From the NCBI GenBank assembly GCA_918797485.1, contig CAKKNE010000001.1, positions 3,782,001 to 3,846,000 of the forward strand: 64,000 nucleotides of DNA, given 5' to 3'. The translations under genes and the position numbers were made by a program. The notes beneath the pieces are model-generated. The model saw only the letters and a program-made list of their open reading frames with translations, was not told the origin of the DNA and ran no database searches. Source of the DNA: Pelagomonas calceolata (Eukaryota). Each line of letters opens with the position of its first letter. Position 1 is the first letter of the stretch. Shown here in pieces: positions 32,748 through 43,098 of the stretch.

Positions 32748-33753
32748 TTACCTCGAGGACTTCTTCTCGGGCTCGTCCTGGACGGCGTGCGGGAAGAGCA
32801 GCGGCACGGTCTGCTGCTTGAACGTGTTCACGAGGAAGAACGTCGTCGATATTAAAGCGACGCGCCAGAAGAGGCCCTTGAAGAGGCCCTGCACGACGCC
32901 GTACTCGGTCGCCAAACTTCTACCCGTCTGCACGATCCCATCGTACTTCTTGCGCCCCAGGTCGCCCTGCATGCAACTTTTGATCGTGTCCAGAGGATGC
33001 GTCGCGACGCCCGCGAGCAGCGCGCCCGTCAACGACCCCGCCGCGAGCGCCGCGTTCTTCTCCATGCCTGAACTCTCTACAAGCTTCTCCTGGATCAAGG
33101 GCGTGACGCCCAACATACTCATGGTGAACATGGCCTCCCTCCCGATGGTCGTCGTGATGCCGCGCCCGATCGCCGCCGCGCCGTACTCCTGGACAATGCG
33201 CGCGGGCGTGCCTAGGGTCGAACCGCCGAACCGCTGCTGCTGGATCATGCAGAGCTCCCAGATGCTACACGGCACTCCAGAAGCAGCACCTCCCAGGAAC
33301 GCGCCGCCCACCTGGACGGCGTCCTTATCATTACTTGACTTGGCGAGCAACTTCTGGAAGAAGCCCGTGCCGACGAACTGCACGGCGTTCGTCCCGCCCA
33401 GGTTCATGCAGGCCATGGGCAATCCTCTGTAAACTTTCAGGGGGCTGAACGCGCCGCCGCTCGTCGTCCACGTCGTATTCAACTTAATGCCCTGCTGGAG
33501 CGTGTTCTTCCACACCAGACAGGGGTAGTTGCAGCACTTACTGAGCACGCCCGTGACCATGCCTGCGTTTTTTGTGTTGTTTGGTCGCGGCGATGCGTCA
33601 GCGAGTGCGCCTGGGACATTTATACGCCATCGACGCGACTCGCTTGCCAGGGTCGCGGCGATGGCGCGGAGGCCGGGATGGGACGCCGCGCCGCGGACCG
33701 AGCACGCAGTTCTCGCCGCCGGAGAGGCGCTGGAGGTCGCTGCCGCCGCCCAT
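32748..33753 (-). CDS. Mitochondrial carrier family protein; intron 33563-33698
   Basis: Carrier signatures (YPCLVWK, THPLDTIKSCMQ); first exon MGGGSDLQRLSGGENCVLG joins in frame via a 136-nt GT-AG intron. Confidence 0.88.
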
Positions 33754-34243
33754 TGTCGTCGCGCTGATTAATTTGTGGTGCGCGCGAGGCTGCGTGTTGT
33801 AGCTTTTTGCTTGCGAATTGCACGCGTTGTTGACAGCCTCCCACTGGATGCAGTGTTCACAGCCTGCAGGCAATCGCAGAGAGCAAAATCTCTTGCTGGT
33901 AACAGCGGTCGTATGCGTTCGTCAACAAGCGCAGTTCGATCTAGCAATCGGTATGTTCGTAGGCGCGTGCGAGCGCCCGCCGAATTGGTCCACAGAGGTA
34001 GAGGTATGACAGCAACGCCACATGCTATGCCAAGCAACAGCACAGCACTAGTCCCGAAGGCTGCTACCTGTCGCAATCCGTCGCTTAACAAACAGAGCGC
34101 TAGCGTTCAACACTCGCGCTAGCGTCCAACACTCACTAGTCCAATTTTGCTGATCGATCGATTGCGATGATGTCGATGCCATAGGGCTGCCCAACGCGAG
34201 CAATTCGGCGGCCAGACGCTGCCGCCGCATGGCTAGAGGAGCC

Positions 34244-35521
34244 ATGCGACGTATTTGGCTCTACTGCATCTATGCGGCAGCTGCACTCCTAGAGAACGAC
34301 ACGCGCCCGCTGTGCCGCGACGTCCGCATCCACGACGACCCGAAGAAACGGGAGGGCTACGGCAACCAGATCCATGCATTAGTGTTTGCGGCGGAGTTCG
34401 CGCGGAGCTGCGGGCTGCGCGTGGCGATACCGCGGACGGGCCGCTTCGGCGTCATCTGCAGTCGCCTGGGCTGCAAGGCCCCTCATGTGGACCGGCGCGA
34501 CTTCGGGCAAGCACCTGAAGCGGACTTCGAGGCGACCTATGTTGGCGGCGCCGGCGCTAGATGTGCGGCGCGACGGACGCGCGACTGTCGACTTGCGGAT
34601 CCTCGGTGCATCCAGAGGGCGAATGAAATCTCACAGATAAAGTCGGAGGCCCTCCGGTCTATACTAGACATCCATCACCCAGCTCGGAACGCGTCGTGCT
34701 CCGACGGTTCCGTGCCTCCAGCGACCTATGACGTCGTGGTCCACAACCGCATGTACACGACTAGGTTTGAGCGGAGAGACGAGTCCATGTTCCGGAACAA
34801 GCACGACGGGCCCCTGAACGCATCTGCAGAGGTTATGCGTATGCCGCCCTTCCAGGAATTGGTTGGACCTATCATACGGTATATCACGGCCAATAACCTG
34901 AGGCGGACGGTGTTTTTAGCCTCCAACGTGGCCGAATCGAAAGCACAAATCGCGCAACGATTTATAGAACAAAACGTAGTAGTGTGCCAGGTCGCGTCCG
35001 TCGACAAGGACCTGAGGCACCCCGACTACATCGAGAACAAAATAAGGCCGCTCTGCGACGACTGTCTGGATGTCGCGTTTTCCGAATGGTCCTATCTCGC
35101 GAGAGCTACTCATTTAATAGCGCAGCTGGGCATGCACTGTCTGGACAAGAACGGGACTTGTTTTTCACCTAGACATCGCATATTAGGAAGGGCGTCTTCC
35201 TTTTCTCATGTTGCCGCTACTTATGCCCACGTGCCGACTACTACGATTACCTCAATGAAGGATTTGGATCCGTCTAGCTTCTACCCGCCGGGCTTCCGCA
35301 CGCTTACACGTGAAAGACCCTTCCCGCACGCGTGCAAGCTCGATTCTGTCAGACACGCGTACATGACGTTCCCCGATCCTAGGGATATACGACGGCGCGG
35401 GGGGGTGAATGAGTTGGCTGCGGTGCCCGCGGATCAGCAGGGAAAGTGGAGGGAGGCCTACAAGAAGCGTGCGTTATATAAGGACGGGCCGTACGTGCAG
35501 GCGCAGCCGCCTCCTAGATGA
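34244..35521 (+). CDS. Putative secreted fucosyltransferase-like glycosyltransferase
   Basis: Signal peptide; GYGNQ, VVVHNR and VFLASN motifs echo GT11/GT23/O-fucosyltransferase motifs. Confidence 0.5.
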   Translation: MRRIWLYCIYAAAALLENDTRPLCRDVRIHDDPKKREGYGNQIHALVFAAEFARSCGLRVAIPRTGRFGVICSRLGCKAPHVDRRDFGQAPEADFEATYVGGAGARCAARRTRDCRLADPRCIQRANEISQIKSEALRSILDIHHPARNASCSDGSVPPATYDVVVHNRMYTTRFERRDESMFRNKHDGPLNASAEVMRMPPFQELVGPIIRYITANNLRRTVFLASNVAESKAQIAQRFIEQNVVVCQVASVDKDLRHPDYIENKIRPLCDDCLDVAFSEWSYLARATHLIAQLGMHCLDKNGTCFSPRHRILGRASSFSHVAATYAHVPTTTITSMKDLDPSSFYPPGFRTLTRERPFPHACKLDSVRHAYMTFPDPRDIRRRGGVNELAAVPADQQGKWREAYKKRALYKDGPYVQAQPPPR

Positions 35522-35686
35522 CTAATGTGAATGAATGTCCTAATGTACTTCAGATTAAGGTTAAAAACGATTGCCGCGATGGCGTCCACCTCGCGGCGAT
35601 CGCGTGACGCCATGCGACGTCGCGTCGAGGGCGCCTCGCGCCACCCAGACGCCATCGCCGCGACCCACCACACATGTCGATGCCAT

Positions 35687-36526
35687 CTACGCGTCGAGGA
35701 AGGCGCCGATGGCCCCGGCCCACTGGACCTTGGGTTGCGTGAGCGCGTGCGCGACGTGGTCGGACCCGTCGATGACCACGAGTTGCTTGGTCGAACTCCC
35801 GAGCGCATCATAGAGAGCCCGCTGCGTTTCTCGAGAAGCGTAGGGGTCCTGGTCGCCGTGAATCACCAAACAGGGGCACGTGACGTCGCCAAGATCCACC
35901 GCGAACTCAGATAAAGCTGTCCAGTCGACGCACTGCGGGTCCGCGGCCAGCGCCGCGCGAGCGAATGCATCGGAGTCTGCCGCGGAGATCGAGTTAGGTA
36001 GGTTAAAGTCCGACGCGCAGTCTTCTAGTGTTTGTGGTCCTCGCGGCACCGAGGCTTTAAACCGGCCTTCATCATCGGCGTAGTCTCCTGTTTCATCCCA
36101 GACGGAGCTGTACAATACTAATCTATCGACGAGATCTGTGGAAGCGGCGACCTTCTGCGCGACCAGACCTCCATACGACCAGCCGAGCAGATGCACTTTC
36201 TCGTGTTTCGTTCGTAAGTCTGCCAGTACATCACATACATCATTCACACACGTAGACGGCCTCAACAAGCCGTCGGCGGCGCGTTTTTGTGTTCTTCCGA
36301 AGCCGCGAAAGTCCATGCCATAGGCGGCCCGGCCCAACGTGTCGATCGCGCCCGTCGTCTGCCACACCGGGCCGCTGCTCCATGTTCGGCCGTGGAGGAG
36401 CAGGACGGCGTCGTCCGTTTTTGTGGTTTTGCTGGTTATTACGGAGAGCTTGTAGCCGTCGCGGGCTGGGACTCTGAACTCTAGGGCGCTGCTGCTGCAT
36501 GCGATGAGGAGCACGCAACGCAGCAT
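35687..36526 (-). CDS. Alpha/beta hydrolase with signal peptide
   Basis: LLLHG, MDFRGFG, GWSYGG nucleophile elbow, IHGDQD, SDH. Confidence 0.9.
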   Translation of the reverse strand: MLRCVLLIACSSSALEFRVPARDGYKLSVITSKTTKTDDAVLLLHGRTWSSGPVWQTTGAIDTLGRAAYGMDFRGFGRTQKRAADGLLRPSTCVNDVCDVLADLRTKHEKVHLLGWSYGGLVAQKVAASTDLVDRLVLYSSVWDETGDYADDEGRFKASVPRGPQTLEDCASDFNLPNSISAADSDAFARAALAADPQCVDWTALSEFAVDLGDVTCPCLVIHGDQDPYASRETQRALYDALGSSTKQLVVIDGSDHVAHALTQPKVQWAGAIGAFLDA

Positions 36527-36732
36527 CGTGCACTGTCAATTATAGGTGGTTGTGCCGTCCAGAGAACGTGATTTGCTTGCTCACGCAGCGCGTGCGACCC
36601 GATTCCAGTCTGGCCGCGATTAATTTTTTGCCTAGCTAGCGTACCTAAACACACTTAGGATTCCCGGAGCGTGGAAAGTGGCTCTTTCATCGCTATTTGC
36701 AGCAAGATTAAGCATCGAATAGCTGCCAGAAC

Positions 36733-38310
36733 ATGACCATCAAGCCGCTTCTTGCACTGGCATGCGCTGCGGCGCCTGTCTCCGCGCTCATCGCTCCGCG
36801 CAGCTCGCCTGTTAAGACAGCTCTCAGCAAGACAGCGCTGAGAGCGTGGGGACCCGATTGGGAGCTCGAACCGGAGTCGACGTGCATCCACGGCGGCTGG
36901 GCGCCCGACCCCGCCACCACCGCGCGCGCCGTGCCCGTCTACCGCACGGGCCCCTACCAGTTCGAGTCCACCGAAAAGGCCGCGAAGCTCTTTGCCCTGG
37001 CCGAGCTCGGCAACATCTACAGTCGCATCATGAACCCGACGACGGACGTCCTGGAAAAGCGCATGGCTTTGCTCGAGGGCGCGCCGGAGTTGGGTGGATT
37101 AGGCGTGGCCTCGGGCACGAACGCGGCTTTTTATTCCATCATCAACCTCGCCCAGGCGGGCGACAACATCGTAAGTGCGAGAAATTTATACGGAGGCACG
37201 TACACGCAATTCAAGGACATCCTGCCGACCTTAGGCATCACGGTGAAGTTCGTGGACTCGAACTCGCCGAGAGCCTTCGCTGAGGCCGCGGACGAGAAGA
37301 CGCGGGCCTTCTTCACGGAGACCGTCAGCAACCCTGCGCTAGATGTTGCAGACATCAAGGCTATCAGTGAAGAGGCCCACAAGATTGGTCTGCCGCTGAT
37401 TGTCGACGACACGTTCACGACGCCCTACTTATGTAGACCCTTCGACCACGGCGCCGACATTATTTGTCATTCCCTCACGAAGTGGACGGGCGGCCACGAC
37501 ACGGCCATTGGGGGAATTGTGATTGACAAGGGCACGTTCGACTGGTCGACGGGCAAGCACCCGCTGTTCACGGAGCCGGACACGTCCTACGGCGGGCTGC
37601 GGTGGGGCATTGATTTACCGGAGATGCTCGCGCCCCTCGCGTATATTCTGCGCATGCGCACGGTGCCCCTCCGTAACCTAGGAGGGTGCATGTCGCCGGA
37701 CAACGCGTGGATGGCGTTACAAGGTATTGAAACCTTGCCCATGCGGATGGAGAAACATTGTGCGCGGCGGCGTCCGTTCCCTTCGAGTCGCGGCGATGGC
37801 GTAGCGGTCGGACGCCGTCTGCGCGCGCGCCTCGACCCCCGCCGTTCGTACGCCATCGAGTCGCGTGGAGGTGTCGGACACCGTCGACGCGCCGCGTCAC
37901 TCGCCGCCCGCGCCGCAGGCGAGAACGCCATGAAGGTGGCCACGCACCTGTCGAAGCACCCCAAAATCGAGTGGGTCCGCTACCCGGGCCTGTCGCGTGA
38001 TCCCATGCACCGGCTCCAGAAGACGTATTTGAAGGGCAAGGGCGGTCCCCTGGTCGTAATCGGCCTCAAGGGCGGCCGCGCCGCCGGCGAGAAGATGATC
38101 AACTCGCTCAAGCTCTTCTCGCACGTGGCCAACGTCGGCGACGCCAAATCGTTAGCGATCCACCCCGCGTCGACGACGCACTCGCAGCTCTCCGACGAGG
38201 AGCAGATCGAGACAGGGCTTCCGCCCGAGCTCGTGCGCCTGTCCGTCGGCATCGAGCACATCGACGACATCATCAAGGACCTGAACCAGGCGCTGGCCCA
38301 GATCGAGTGA
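36733..38310 (+). CDS. metY: O-acetylhomoserine sulfhydrylase (MetY/Met17), plastid-type leader; in-frame intron 37760-37918
   Basis: GNIYSRIMNPT, HSLTKWTGGH (PLP Lys), SHVANVGDAKSLAIHPASTTHSQL; removing a 159-nt GT-AG segment restores MEKHCENA. Confidence 0.95.
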   Translation: MTIKPLLALACAAAPVSALIAPRSSPVKTALSKTALRAWGPDWELEPESTCIHGGWAPDPATTARAVPVYRTGPYQFESTEKAAKLFALAELGNIYSRIMNPTTDVLEKRMALLEGAPELGGLGVASGTNAAFYSIINLAQAGDNIVSARNLYGGTYTQFKDILPTLGITVKFVDSNSPRAFAEAADEKTRAFFTETVSNPALDVADIKAISEEAHKIGLPLIVDDTFTTPYLCRPFDHGADIICHSLTKWTGGHDTAIGGIVIDKGTFDWSTGKHPLFTEPDTSYGGLRWGIDLPEMLAPLAYILRMRTVPLRNLGGCMSPDNAWMALQGIETLPMRMEKHCARRRPFPSSRGDGVAVGRRLRARLDPRRSYAIESRGGVGHRRRAASLAARAAGENAMKVATHLSKHPKIEWVRYPGLSRDPMHRLQKTYLKGKGGPLVVIGLKGGRAAGEKMINSLKLFSHVANVGDAKSLAIHPASTTHSQLSDEEQIETGLPPELVRLSVGIEHIDDIIKDLNQALAQIE

Positions 38311-38399
38311 TCAAGCTCCCCCCTTCGACCCCGACTACCCAATCGACCACTTCGCGTGGCACGCTGGCCAGTTAGAAAATAAGAATTCGAAGACTATTT

Positions 38400-39152
38400 T
38401 TAGTAGTATCCCGCATGGAACGCGAACGCGGCGATCTTGCGGAGAACCTCGGGCGGGACGCGCCGGAGCGGCGACAGGCGGCGGCGCGAGCGGCGGCGAC
38501 CGTCGTTGGGCGTCGGCTTCGGCGTGAGCATCGCGATCAGCCTGTCTAGATGAAGACGCTCGTAGTTCGCCCAGCCTCCGGCGGCAATGACTTTTTGGAG
38601 ATACGGGTGGTCTGTCTCGGCGGGGATTTCGGCTCCGGCGCGCAGGATGATAGGATAGATGCGGTCGACCCCCGGTGGGGGTAATTGAGCAGCGTAATTG
38701 AATGAAAGATGAAGAGGCGTCATCCCATTCACGTCTCGCGCGTTAACATCTGCGCCCGCGCTTAGCAGCAGCGACACCATGTGGGAGTTAGCGCGGGGGA
38801 TTGCTACGTGTAGCGGCACCCTATCACAATAGCCACGCGCATTGACGTCGCACCCAAGCTCGATTAGCTTCCGCACGAGTGGCGCGTTGTCATGTACATA
38901 CGCGAAGTGAAGTGACGAATTACCCCGACTGTCACGCGCAAGTACCGACGCTCCATACTCTATCAGTAGATTTAAGCACTCGGTCTGGCGCACACCGGGC
39001 GCGTGCATGCAAACGAAGTGGAGTGCAACTCTGCCACAACCTTCTTTTACGAGATCGGGCGACACACCAGCAAGCAGTTGTCCTCGCAAGGCGTGGACGT
39101 CGCATCGTTTGGCGGCCCTGTGTATCGCTTGCATCGTAGAGATCATATCCAT
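38400..39152 (-). CDS. Ankyrin-repeat protein
   Basis: GNSSLHFA, RVPLHVA..GADVNARDVNGMTPLH; C-terminal VPPEVLRKIAAFAFHAGYY. Confidence 0.88.
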   Translation of the reverse strand: MDMISTMQAIHRAAKRCDVHALRGQLLAGVSPDLVKEGCGRVALHFVCMHAPGVRQTECLNLLIEYGASVLARDSRGNSSLHFAYVHDNAPLVRKLIELGCDVNARGYCDRVPLHVAIPRANSHMVSLLLSAGADVNARDVNGMTPLHLSFNYAAQLPPPGVDRIYPIILRAGAEIPAETDHPYLQKVIAAGGWANYERLHLDRLIAMLTPKPTPNDGRRRSRRRLSPLRRVPPEVLRKIAAFAFHAGYY

Positions 39153-39412
39153 GGCCAAAACCAGGCTGGGGATCCGCGTCCAGGCGGATCCGCGTTTGAC
39201 CGCTCCAGGCTCAGGTTATATAAGTCGCAGTCCCCCAGTGCCGAGATCACGCCGGTTGGCCAAAACGCACGCCCGCGCGGCCGGTCTAGCCGGTCTCGAG
39301 ACCCCATGGCAAAACAGGTTTTCCCCCTGCCCCAAAAATACGACTCTATCCCTCAGTCGCCCCGGCCGACGCATTCTCTTCCGTATATGATAGGCACTTA
39401 CTCCACGAAACG

Positions 39413-41707
39413 TCACGCCCGCAGCGCCTTCAACTTCCCCCCACTGCTGGACTCGAGCTCCTCGGCCTTGCGCTTCGCGACGGTAACCGTAGCAGGAGGA
39501 AAGCCCGCCAGTTCGGCCACTTTGATGCCGAAGGACTCCGTGCAGGGCCCGTCCGCGACCTCGTACAGAAACGCTAAGGCGCCCGTGTTTTCGTCGACGT
39601 GCGCGGTCACGTGGCGATTCTTCACCGGTTGCCCCTCGCTCAATTGTGTTAATTCATGAAAATGAGTGGCGAACAGACACGTCGCTTTTTGCCTGACTAA
39701 TTGCTCCGAGATGGCCCAGGCTAATCCGAAGCCGTCGTACGTCGACGTGCCTCGTCCAAGTTCATCTATAATGACCAGGGATTGCGACGTGGCGCTCCTC
39801 AAGATCATGGACGCCTCGAGCATCTCGGCCATGAACGTCGAGACGCCTCTTTGTAGGCTATCTCCAGCACCCACCCTTGCCAAGATAGCATCAAACAAAG
39901 GTAAGGTAGCACCGGCGTCCGCAGGTATGAGAGAACCGGCCTGGGCCATGATCGCCAGACAGGCCAAGCCTCTTATATGAGTCGACTTGCCGCCCATGTT
40001 CGGCCCCGTCACTATTACGAGTCGCCCTTGGTCATCTAGGGCGTAGTCGGTAGGTACAAAATGAATACCGTCGCCACACTCGACCACCGGATGTCTCGCG
40101 TTTTTGATGGATACAGTATTATCATCAGAGAAAGTAGGTCGTTCATACGCACCGCCCGGCGCGAAGGCCGCCGCATGGGCAAAAGCTTGCAGGGCGTCCA
40201 ACGAAGCTAAAGCGTCTGCCGCCCTACTAAAAACAGGAGCGTAGGTCGCTGCGGTCCGCACTAGCTCCCCCGTCAGCGTCTTCTGGGCCTTCTTATAGGC
40301 CGACGACGCGCGCTCCAGAGCACTACAAGCTCTTGACAGAGAGGGCGTCGTGAAAAACACCCCAGCCTTCAAATAAGACAACACCTCCAGTTCTTCAGGT
40401 GATCCGCGAGCGCCAGAAACCTCGACGTTCGACAGGGACTTTTCATCATACCTCTTCGGCGAGCGCAACACGAAGCCTCGGTTCGCGTCCGCATCTAGCT
40501 TAATAGGCCATTTCGACCGTTCTGAGTGGGACGCGCCTTTGCCTAGACCCGCATCGGCGAAGGCCTCGTTCACGCGCTCGTGGGCCTCGTCCACGGCGTC
40601 CCGCGCCTGGCGCATCGCTTCTGAATGTTGTACTAATTCTTCGTCGACCGAGGGTTTGAGCAGGACCTCCGGGAGGTAATCTAAGTCCAAAGTAGCTCGC
40701 GCCATGTCGCAGAAGACCCTCAAGTCTCTCGACGCCTTCGCGAGAGGCGGCACGATGTCCTTGATCGCATCAGTGTCGATAGCTTCCGCCGCGGCTAGGA
40801 CCTCGGGGACGACCTTCTGCGCGACGACGTGGAGTCTATGCAGATCGACAAGTGTAGCTTTGCCCTGCCTTAACTTCGCACATAGTTTAGAAACGTCGGG
40901 GATTCTCGCGCCTTTCGTCGTGCCCAGGGCGCTCCTTAGGGCCTCTCGGCCGTCTTGGGCATCTCTCAGCGCTTCTACCGCTTTATGGCGCTTTTCTAGT
41001 ATGGATTTGTCCCGAGATGGTTGCCTTAACCAAGCCTCGACTAGACGAGAACCGGCAATCGTGCGGCAGGGCCCGCCCAGCACGTCTAGCAACGACGTAG
41101 GGGGGCCCGTTTTCTTGGCACCAGGTGGGGGCAACACAGTAGCGGCCTCGACGGCGGCCGAGTCGAGACGGACGTGGCCTACTGTGGCTCCAGGGTTGAG
41201 TTGCACGCAGCGCTCGCTGCTGTCGGTCAATTGAGCTCTTTCTAAAACTAACGCGGCCGCGCGTATCGTCAAACCGCTCATCTCCTGGTCCTTGTCGCCA
41301 CACAAGGTCTGGAGGACGTGCCTCAATTTCGCTTCGAGTTTACCTTTGGCCTTGGGCCAGCCCTTCTGCTCCAGGTTCAGGGCTTGCGCCTCGGCGCGCG
41401 AGTGCTTGGCCACGAGCGCGTCGACTTTAGTTCTATTTTTGGCATCGCCCGCATCAATGGTGATGAAGCCGGGGCCCTCTCTTACTAATAACGCGTCGGC
41501 CGCGGTCAGAAAGCCGTCGTCGGCGAAGGCGTAGACGCACAGTTCCCTCCGCGGCGCATCGTCGTCGTCGTCGTCGTCGCCTTGCGGCGCCAGGGGTCTC
41601 AAAACAGCGGCGCCGACGCTGTAGCCGCCCGTCGCGTCGTCCGCCTCGACGGCGAGCGCCGCTATTGTGGTACTCTCGTCTGGGGCGGGCTGATTATTAT
41701 TCGCCAT
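39413..41707 (-). CDS. MSH2: DNA mismatch repair protein MSH2 (apparently lacking domain I)
   Basis: TGPNMGGKST, ARVGAGDSLQRGVSTFMAEMLE, IIDELGRGTSTYDGFGLAWAISE, FATHFHELT, SFGIKVAELAGFP. Confidence 0.92.
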   Translation of the reverse strand: MANNNQPAPDESTTIAALAVEADDATGGYSVGAAVLRPLAPQGDDDDDDDAPRRELCVYAFADDGFLTAADALLVREGPGFITIDAGDAKNRTKVDALVAKHSRAEAQALNLEQKGWPKAKGKLEAKLRHVLQTLCGDKDQEMSGLTIRAAALVLERAQLTDSSERCVQLNPGATVGHVRLDSAAVEAATVLPPPGAKKTGPPTSLLDVLGGPCRTIAGSRLVEAWLRQPSRDKSILEKRHKAVEALRDAQDGREALRSALGTTKGARIPDVSKLCAKLRQGKATLVDLHRLHVVAQKVVPEVLAAAEAIDTDAIKDIVPPLAKASRDLRVFCDMARATLDLDYLPEVLLKPSVDEELVQHSEAMRQARDAVDEAHERVNEAFADAGLGKGASHSERSKWPIKLDADANRGFVLRSPKRYDEKSLSNVEVSGARGSPEELEVLSYLKAGVFFTTPSLSRACSALERASSAYKKAQKTLTGELVRTAATYAPVFSRAADALASLDALQAFAHAAAFAPGGAYERPTFSDDNTVSIKNARHPVVECGDGIHFVPTDYALDDQGRLVIVTGPNMGGKSTHIRGLACLAIMAQAGSLIPADAGATLPLFDAILARVGAGDSLQRGVSTFMAEMLEASMILRSATSQSLVIIDELGRGTSTYDGFGLAWAISEQLVRQKATCLFATHFHELTQLSEGQPVKNRHVTAHVDENTGALAFLYEVADGPCTESFGIKVAELAGFPPATVTVAKRKAEELESSSGGKLKALRA

Positions 41708-42099
41708 GGCGCGCGCTGCGGACGCTCAAATTCGCTGGGCGCTGTCGTCTGTATATATAATTGCTGCCGGGAGTACCGAGCAGCGGCGCTAGGCCCCAGC
41801 GGCAGCAACAGCCCAGCTGCTCTGCGTGAGTTTGAAAGGCTAGTGCCCGACTGACGCTAGCTCGAAACGCGAGACCGCGGCGCGCGCAGCAAACGCCTGG
41901 ACGTACTTGCTCGTGAGCGACGTGCGCCAAGATACGCCTGCGCTGCGCCGCTGTCGAATTTCTGCGCGCGCGCGACTTCTGCCGCTGCAGAGACCGATCC
42001 CTCATCTCACGCTGTGGCCGCGCGCGCGGCGGAGCTGTAAGCTGTCAGTTTCCTTGCGCGCCGCTTGGAGCGCTGCCAGATAATCCACACCACAGCACC

Positions 42100-42729
42100 A
42101 TGGCAGACGCCGCGACGCGCGCGCGCCACCTGTGCGACTTCCTCGAGGTCGCGACGCATACTATTTTGAAAGAGAGGAACTTGTATCCTGCCGAGATCTT
42201 TAGCGACCGGCGCTGCTTCGGCGTGCCCGTGTCCATGGCGAGACACCCGGACGTCGAGGCCTACGTCAAGAAAACGTTAAAAAGTGTAGAGCCGCTCCTC
42301 GCGGCTGGAAGTGTCGAGGCGGTGGTGATTGCCGTCACGGACGGCACGCACGGAGAACCGGTGGAGAAGTTCGTGTTCCGGGTCGACCCGACCGGCCCGC
42401 CACCGTCGGACGCCGTCGGCGGGCCCCACGACGTCGCGGACGCCGTCGAGTCTACCGAATATTCGTTGAGAGCTTTACTGGCGCGCCTGGCGTTACTGGA
42501 CACGAAGCTGCCCCCGGTCCGAGAGGACGCGGCCTGGCGGCTGTTGCTGTGGATGCGCGACGGCTACGACGCGTCCCAGATCCTCGCGGACCCGGCCGCC
42601 GCGCGCTTGGTGGATGCGACGCGCGACCTTTCGGCTTCGGCTATTAAGGACGCGTCGCTCGTGCCCGTGAAGACCGTGGCCACGCCGCTCGCGCACTTCG
42701 AGCTCTACGTCGAGTGCGAGGGGCCCTAA
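42100..42729 (+). CDS. REV7: HORMA-domain protein REV7/MAD2L2
   Basis: LCDFLEVATHTILKERNLYPAEIF..FGVPVSMARHPDVEAYV..VEKFVF. Confidence 0.88.
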   Translation: MADAATRARHLCDFLEVATHTILKERNLYPAEIFSDRRCFGVPVSMARHPDVEAYVKKTLKSVEPLLAAGSVEAVVIAVTDGTHGEPVEKFVFRVDPTGPPPSDAVGGPHDVADAVESTEYSLRALLARLALLDTKLPPVREDAAWRLLLWMRDGYDASQILADPAAARLVDATRDLSASAIKDASLVPVKTVATPLAHFELYVECEGP

Positions 42730-43098
42730 CTGTCTCTTGTTGTTGACCATGTTTTCGTCTTAGAGATGCCGAGGGTCGCGCCGGAGAGCACTCGCTCCGT
42801 TTTAGCCGGGGCTAGTGTGTCATCATGTCTACATAATCACACACGAGCGCACATGCGTACGCGTGCTCGCACGACGTCGCGCGACGTCGCTAAGGGCCTG
42901 TGCCATTGCTCGTTGCAACAAATAAGCTCGTTTCAGTCGACTCTGGCACCGGTGTCAAACGTGCATTGGTCGTGCGCGGACAAACGAGTCCAAGGACAAG
43001 CTCAGCACGAGGCGCTGGGCACAGGGGTGCATCCGTCAGTGCACGGAGGAGCCGCGAAGTGCTCGTGCAACACTGAGCAAGGCTAGCTAAAGAAAGCT

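Noticed and set aside
27804..38310. Sulfur-assimilation cluster (cysE and metY)
   Set aside because: About 8 kb apart with unrelated genes between, on opposite strands and with different predicted compartments.
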